The notes under the pieces are model-generated. The model did not search any database and was not told where the DNA came from. It was given only the letters and a program-made list of their open reading frames with translations. From a virus: DNA of 64,000 bases. The stretch is from IMG/VR virus record IMGVR_UViG_3300005264_000255, positions 14,497-78,496 of that record. The stretch is one strand, 5' to 3'. Position numbers and translations under genes: made by a program. Shown piece by piece: positions 59,924 to 64,000 of the stretch; the first letter of the stretch is position 1; every line of letters starts with the position of its first letter.

Positions 59924-61429
59924 TTAGTATGTCTTCAAGAGAGTTGCTTTCATAACAATTGAAGTATAGTGCATTGAGTTGTTATATACCCTACTAGCTC
60001 CAGTTAATGTATCTACAATCTTAAATGGTTCTTTAAACGGAACAACATGCCCTATAAGTAAATCAAGCATCTTTAGTTTCATTACTATAACTTTACATAA
60101 TAAAGTTTTAGGGTTAGTATGTTTAAATGTCCGTATATGTCTAGTGGTTATTTTAGATTTATTATCAACGATAGTGTCGATATATTTCAGTATAGTTATC
60201 TCTGCTTTCTCCTCATTTAGAATAATAAGATACTTCTCCAGTTTATTACACGGACTTTTATAGATTAAAGCATCACCCTGAAGTGTGGTAGTCTTCGATA
60301 TGTCATGTATTTGATGTGGATACGTATCATGTGTTGCTATTTCAGCAAGTTGTTTTTTCCACAATGAAAGATCTTCAGTCTTGTTACCTTTGCTATCAAA
60401 CAGTTTAGAACCAGATGGAGTTCCAATAAACAACATCATAGATTTTGGTAAATCTTGTAAAAGAGTTGATTTGTCTTTATTACCCTTAATGTCATTTGTA
60501 TGTGTTTCATCTGCCTGTGGTGATTCTTTGTTATCTAAATATAAATCTATCGAGGTATTTGTAATCAGCTCATGATAACTATATGCGGTAATCTGTTCAT
60601 CTATTAACATACGACTAGACTGATCGAGTATTTCTGGAAAATTAGGAATATTTAATACGGTAGCAGGTAATCTTCCCTCTAATACAAGTTTTCTACAGAT
60701 GAGTTTTTCTTTATTTGATTTAAGATTATATAAATCACTAGTTCCTACAATACGAACGTATCCGTCAGCATGTAACTGCCCAATATGGAAATGTCGCATA
60801 TCCTTGTTAATATATATAAAATATTCCTTACTAACACGAATAGTTACATTATTCACATATACCTCATTACGTTCCAGTTTTTCACCAACAACATAGGGTT
60901 TATCTTTTATATGTGGTGCTGAAACAGTTATATCTGGGTAGTCAGAGTCAAAATAACCATAATCATCCAAATGTCTAAAGTATCTATTAATACCTCGTTT
61001 ACTATTGCTAGTCTTAAACTCTATATCAGATAAGTCTATCTCCTCATTAATTACATTACTAAATGACCACTTTTGTATATTATCAGTAGTAACTACATAA
61101 TCTAGTGGTATAGTGTTTTCTTCAACAAAATTTCTAGCATATAACATTTGTAGTATAATACAATCAGTTTTGTCTAAAACCTGTGATGAATTAATTTCTC
61201 TTATAATTCTTAAACGTAATTTACCATGAGAAACTACTAATTTACATATATAAATGATATGGTAAATTTTATCGGTAATATCACTCTGGTTGTTTATACG
61301 TACCTGATTATCTAATGACTTAAAATATTTACTAGTACAAATAACCAAACCATTACGTTCGTCAATTGTCGCTGGTACCACATTCTTTACCTCTGGGTCG
61401 AATATACTATTTACTTTTAAATTTTTCAT
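59924..61429 (-). CDS. Hypothetical protein
   Basis: 501 aa; AAGGA RBS. Confidence 0.7.
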   Translation of the reverse strand: MKNLKVNSIFDPEVKNVVPATIDERNGLVICTSKYFKSLDNQVRINNQSDITDKIYHIIYICKLVVSHGKLRLRIIREINSSQVLDKTDCIILQMLYARNFVEENTIPLDYVVTTDNIQKWSFSNVINEEIDLSDIEFKTSNSKRGINRYFRHLDDYGYFDSDYPDITVSAPHIKDKPYVVGEKLERNEVYVNNVTIRVSKEYFIYINKDMRHFHIGQLHADGYVRIVGTSDLYNLKSNKEKLICRKLVLEGRLPATVLNIPNFPEILDQSSRMLIDEQITAYSYHELITNTSIDLYLDNKESPQADETHTNDIKGNKDKSTLLQDLPKSMMLFIGTPSGSKLFDSKGNKTEDLSLWKKQLAEIATHDTYPHQIHDISKTTTLQGDALIYKSPCNKLEKYLIILNEEKAEITILKYIDTIVDNKSKITTRHIRTFKHTNPKTLLCKVIVMKLKMLDLLIGHVVPFKEPFKIVDTLTGASRVYNNSMHYTSIVMKATLLKTY

Positions 61430-61450
61430 GTTTTTTCCTTTTTTATATAT

Positions 61451-61478
61451 AACAACAGTAACAATTGTTACTGTTGTT
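61451..61478. terminator. Perfect 28-bp palindrome
   Basis: AACAACAGTAACAATTGTTACTGTTGTT. Confidence 0.65.
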
Positions 61479-61495
61479 TTTCAGTTGGTTTTTAA

Positions 61496-62098
61496 CTAAT
61501 CGATATCCGTAGGATCCATATCGTTGGCAATCATATTATTCAAGATGTCCCAAGTATCCTGTATGATAAGTCTATCCTCCATATCTAATGGATTACCCTC
61601 GCTAGTATTAGTGAAAGACATATAACCTGTACCATCCTTGCGATGTTGTAAAGTACTATCTATAACATTCAGATAGTCTAAACGTTTAAAAGGATCTACT
61701 CCCTCGTTCTCATTGTCATACCATTGTCCTCCATATGCGTTAATTCGGTTAAGGGTACCTTTTCTATATATGATAGGATTAGCCATTATATATCTACGCA
61801 TTATATAGTTGGTACCTTGAAAGTTACTTTCATTAATTTGTGTAATAACATCCTCACTATTAATAACTCCTGTTCTTGTTAAGTTCTTAATAGTATTCTG
61901 TATGAAATTATTATTGTTAAAGTAGTTATACATATTGGATAGACTATCTTTGAACATGTTACCAGCAGTACCTAGTCTATTAACATATTCATTATACTTG
62001 GTCTTGATATATTCATTATTTCTACCCATTACATTCGTATTATTGGCAATACTATAAGTTAACCCAGGGTCGTTTGAACTTATAAAATTATATTTCAT
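61496..62098 (-). CDS. Conserved chimallivirus protein (phiKZ gp174-like)
   Basis: MRRYIMANP, Y...W.D, DY..V.D and C-terminal DPT motifs; near the prohead protease gene. Confidence 0.55.
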   Translation of the reverse strand: MKYNFISSNDPGLTYSIANNTNVMGRNNEYIKTKYNEYVNRLGTAGNMFKDSLSNMYNYFNNNNFIQNTIKNLTRTGVINSEDVITQINESNFQGTNYIMRRYIMANPIIYRKGTLNRINAYGGQWYDNENEGVDPFKRLDYLNVIDSTLQHRKDGTGYMSFTNTSEGNPLDMEDRLIIQDTWDILNNMIANDMDPTDID

Positions 62099-62156
62099 TT
62101 TATTCCTTTATCGATTTTTCAGTTTAATAAATATTTATAGAAAACTATACATAGGT

Positions 62157-62711
62157 TCATCTGATGTTGATATATGTTATACCATCATCTTTTACCTTAT
62201 TTATTCTGTAAAATGTAAATATATCATCTCTACATAGAACTTCGATTCTTGTTTTATCAAAGCTCAATACGTTAGTATTGGCATATTGTACAATTGGAGT
62301 ACATTTAGATTGCATCATAACTGATGGAGTCTCACGGAATAATGTATATGGTAACGAGATACATTTACTTTTAGTTTTATTACATAAGTCGAGTATCTTA
62401 CCTCCATCACGATAACTCCAATTATCGTATAGGACATATGTAGTACTAACTGTAGTAGTTTCAACGACATGATGTACTATCAGTCCTAATTTTAACAATA
62501 GGAGAATAACTAATAATACTCCATGTATTCGATTTTTAAATACTCCTAGTAATATCAAAAGTAAAACTATACCACTATATTGTAGATATATAATAATAGG
62601 GTCAGTTTTACCAGCAGTAAGATAAATCAGTATTGCTATAACTGGTACAAGTGCAAAAATGACTCGCTCAAGTACCATCATGAATATTGACGTAGGTTCA
62701 TTAGTTTTCAT
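62157..62711 (-). CDS. Early membrane protein (three predicted TM helices)
   Basis: Three hydrophobic segments in the N-terminal half; Cys-containing C-terminal domain. Confidence 0.65.
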   Translation of the reverse strand: MKTNEPTSIFMMVLERVIFALVPVIAILIYLTAGKTDPIIIYLQYSGIVLLLILLGVFKNRIHGVLLVILLLLKLGLIVHHVVETTTVSTTYVLYDNWSYRDGGKILDLCNKTKSKCISLPYTLFRETPSVMMQSKCTPIVQYANTNVLSFDKTRIEVLCRDDIFTFYRINKVKDDGITYINIR

Positions 62712-62745
62712 GGTTTTCCTTTACCTTAAATAAGGTCTTTAGATT

Positions 62746-62788
62746 TTTAACTACGTTTATTTAACTATAGTCTATCTAAATAATATAT
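62746..62788 (-). promoter_or_regulatory. Early promoter variant plus leader hairpin
   Basis: Minus strand TATATTAT-TTAGATA-GACTATAGT-TAAATAA-ACGTAGTT. Confidence 0.6.
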
Positions 62789-62804
62789 CGTTAAATAAAT
62801 GTAG

Positions 62805-62838
62805 ATATAATATAGTGACTTACGCCACTATATTATAT
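62805..62838. terminator. 13-bp-stem hairpin
   Basis: ATATAATATAGTG-ACTTACGC-CACTATATTATAT. Confidence 0.55.
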
Positions 62839-63187
62839 TATGTAATTTTAAATAGGCATGTACGGCATCATTATGTATTACTACATATTTATTAAATTCA
62901 TCACATTCAAATACTGAATAAATATTATGTAATTTAATAACCTCGTTAAATTCTTCTACTTCGTAAATATCACTTATCTTAGTTATTTCTATTTCAGTAA
63001 TAGTTACTAATTTATCTAAATCATCAATCTCAAATACTATACGAACTAGTATACCTGATGCCTCTATTTGTTTAGTGTTTTTATTCAACTCTTCAATATA
63101 GGAATTATGTGCACTAATAGCCTCAAGAGTTTCCTTGGGTATACCTAGACTAAGTAGTTCACTATTCATTTTCTCTTTTTTACACAT
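62828..63187 (-). CDS. Hypothetical protein
   Basis: 119 aa ORF after the protease gene. Confidence 0.6.
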   Translation of the reverse strand: MCKKEKMNSELLSLGIPKETLEAISAHNSYIEELNKNTKQIEASGILVRIVFEIDDLDKLVTITEIEITKISDIYEVEEFNEVIKLHNIYSVFECDEFNKYVVIHNDAVHAYLKLHNII

Positions 63188-63188
63188 A

Positions 63189-63941
63189 TTACCATCCTAA
63201 TATTTTATCAGTGATTGTCTCATTCTTTTTAATACTATTAATCATACGATCTATAGGATTATTATCCTCTGTACCAGCTGTAAGACTTTTTAATTTGGGT
63301 ATACAACAATCAGTTAAACATAAACTACCGTCAACATAACTTTTGTTCTCAATACCAACACTATGCCATTGTGTAGATCCAGTAACACCATTTTCATGAA
63401 CATAATCCCAAGTACTAAACTCAAGAATGTCTCTTACACGTATATTTCCTATGTTTGATTCATGAACCATAGTACGTACACTCAATGCAACATTTTCATT
63501 AGGATTAGATAAGTACTCTTCTAAGTATTGCCCATAAGGTCCTTCTGGTTTTATCCAACCACTTACAGTATAGATAGGATACTTCTCCCATCCTCTTTCT
63601 GTTCTACCAGTATTTGTAAACTGAATCTTTCTAATATGACCACAGATTCTATCAGGATGTAGAAGAGCTATTCTTTCTACTAAATCTCTCTGATTTAGAT
63701 TATTAAAATCAGGATGATCATGTTCGGCTTTTAATATACCCTCTTGTATTCTAAATCCTAATATAGATTCAGGACTCAAATGGTATTGTAAGTTACTCAT
63801 TTTATAAAAAACACCTGAGTTATTGTATGTGTTAACAGCACCTAGATTTACCTGATAATAACCATCTTCATCCTTAACAACACTCTGTTTACCAGTATTT
63901 TTACTATTTCTATTTTTACCTTCTATCGTATAAGTACTCAT
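63189..63941 (-). CDS. Prohead (head maturation) serine protease (phiKZ gp175-like)
   Basis: LGA.N..N..G..Y, AEHDHP (His), P.GPYG..L...L.NP.ENVALSVR (Ser) and TWDYV.E.G motifs; C-terminal GIE/GTE putative autocleavage sites. Confidence 0.85.
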   Translation of the reverse strand: MSTYTIEGKNRNSKNTGKQSVVKDEDGYYQVNLGAVNTYNNSGVFYKMSNLQYHLSPESILGFRIQEGILKAEHDHPDFNNLNQRDLVERIALLHPDRICGHIRKIQFTNTGRTERGWEKYPIYTVSGWIKPEGPYGQYLEEYLSNPNENVALSVRTMVHESNIGNIRVRDILEFSTWDYVHENGVTGSTQWHSVGIENKSYVDGSLCLTDCCIPKLKSLTAGTEDNNPIDRMINSIKKNETITDKILGW

Positions 63942-64000
63942 AACTACCTTCTCTTTTTAATTATTTTCAAAGTATTGTATCTGTACCTACAGGAAACCCC

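Noticed and set aside
1339-60896. Many antisense ORFs in the track (e.g. 1339-1587, 9809-10117, 16394-16843, 24724-25095, 30814-31482)
   Set aside because: They lie wholly opposite well-supported genes, are I/L/S/F-rich shadows of AT-rich codon usage and lack evident RBSs.
16826-62788. CRISPR array or transposon ends formed by the ~43-bp repeat
   Set aside because: Copies are dispersed, all in one orientation directly upstream of genes, with no spacers, cas genes or transposase.

Overview
Very AT-rich, densely coding 64 kb segment of a phiKZ-like, nucleus-forming jumbo phage (Chimalliviridae-type). Hallmarks recognised from sequence motifs: chimallin-like nuclear shell protein, PhuZ tubulin, polymerase subunit of a split family-B DNA polymerase, small virion-RNAP beta C-terminal subunit, terminase large subunit, portal, tail sheath and tube, baseplate-like proteins, prohead protease and several head proteins carrying G/A-x-E maturation sites. 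Also present: an intein-containing SF2 helicase, a RecA-like ATPase, a RecJ-like nuclease, a Dam-family methylase and ThyX. The ThyX closely resembles Campylobacterota enzymes, suggesting that host group. Most notable unexplained elements: (1) a GC-rich, multi-helix non-coding element on the minus strand just upstream of terL, followed by a G5TG5TG3 run and an AT/(TA)n tract, plus a second motif-sharing locus at ~18.4 kb (candidate structured RNA or RNA-primed origin); (2) a head protein carrying a protease-releasable kinase-like domain; (3) two tandem deaminase-fold proteins that both replace PCxxC by PSxRY; (4) TATATTAC-type early promoters followed by a conserved 5' hairpin; (5) a class-3 intein starting with Asp; (6) a two-KH-motif protein. 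About a dozen core genes show abrupt deletions or frameshifts that are most likely assembly artefacts. No tRNA, rRNA or CRISPR array was seen. phiKZ gene numbers are from recalled similarity and synteny, not from a database search.
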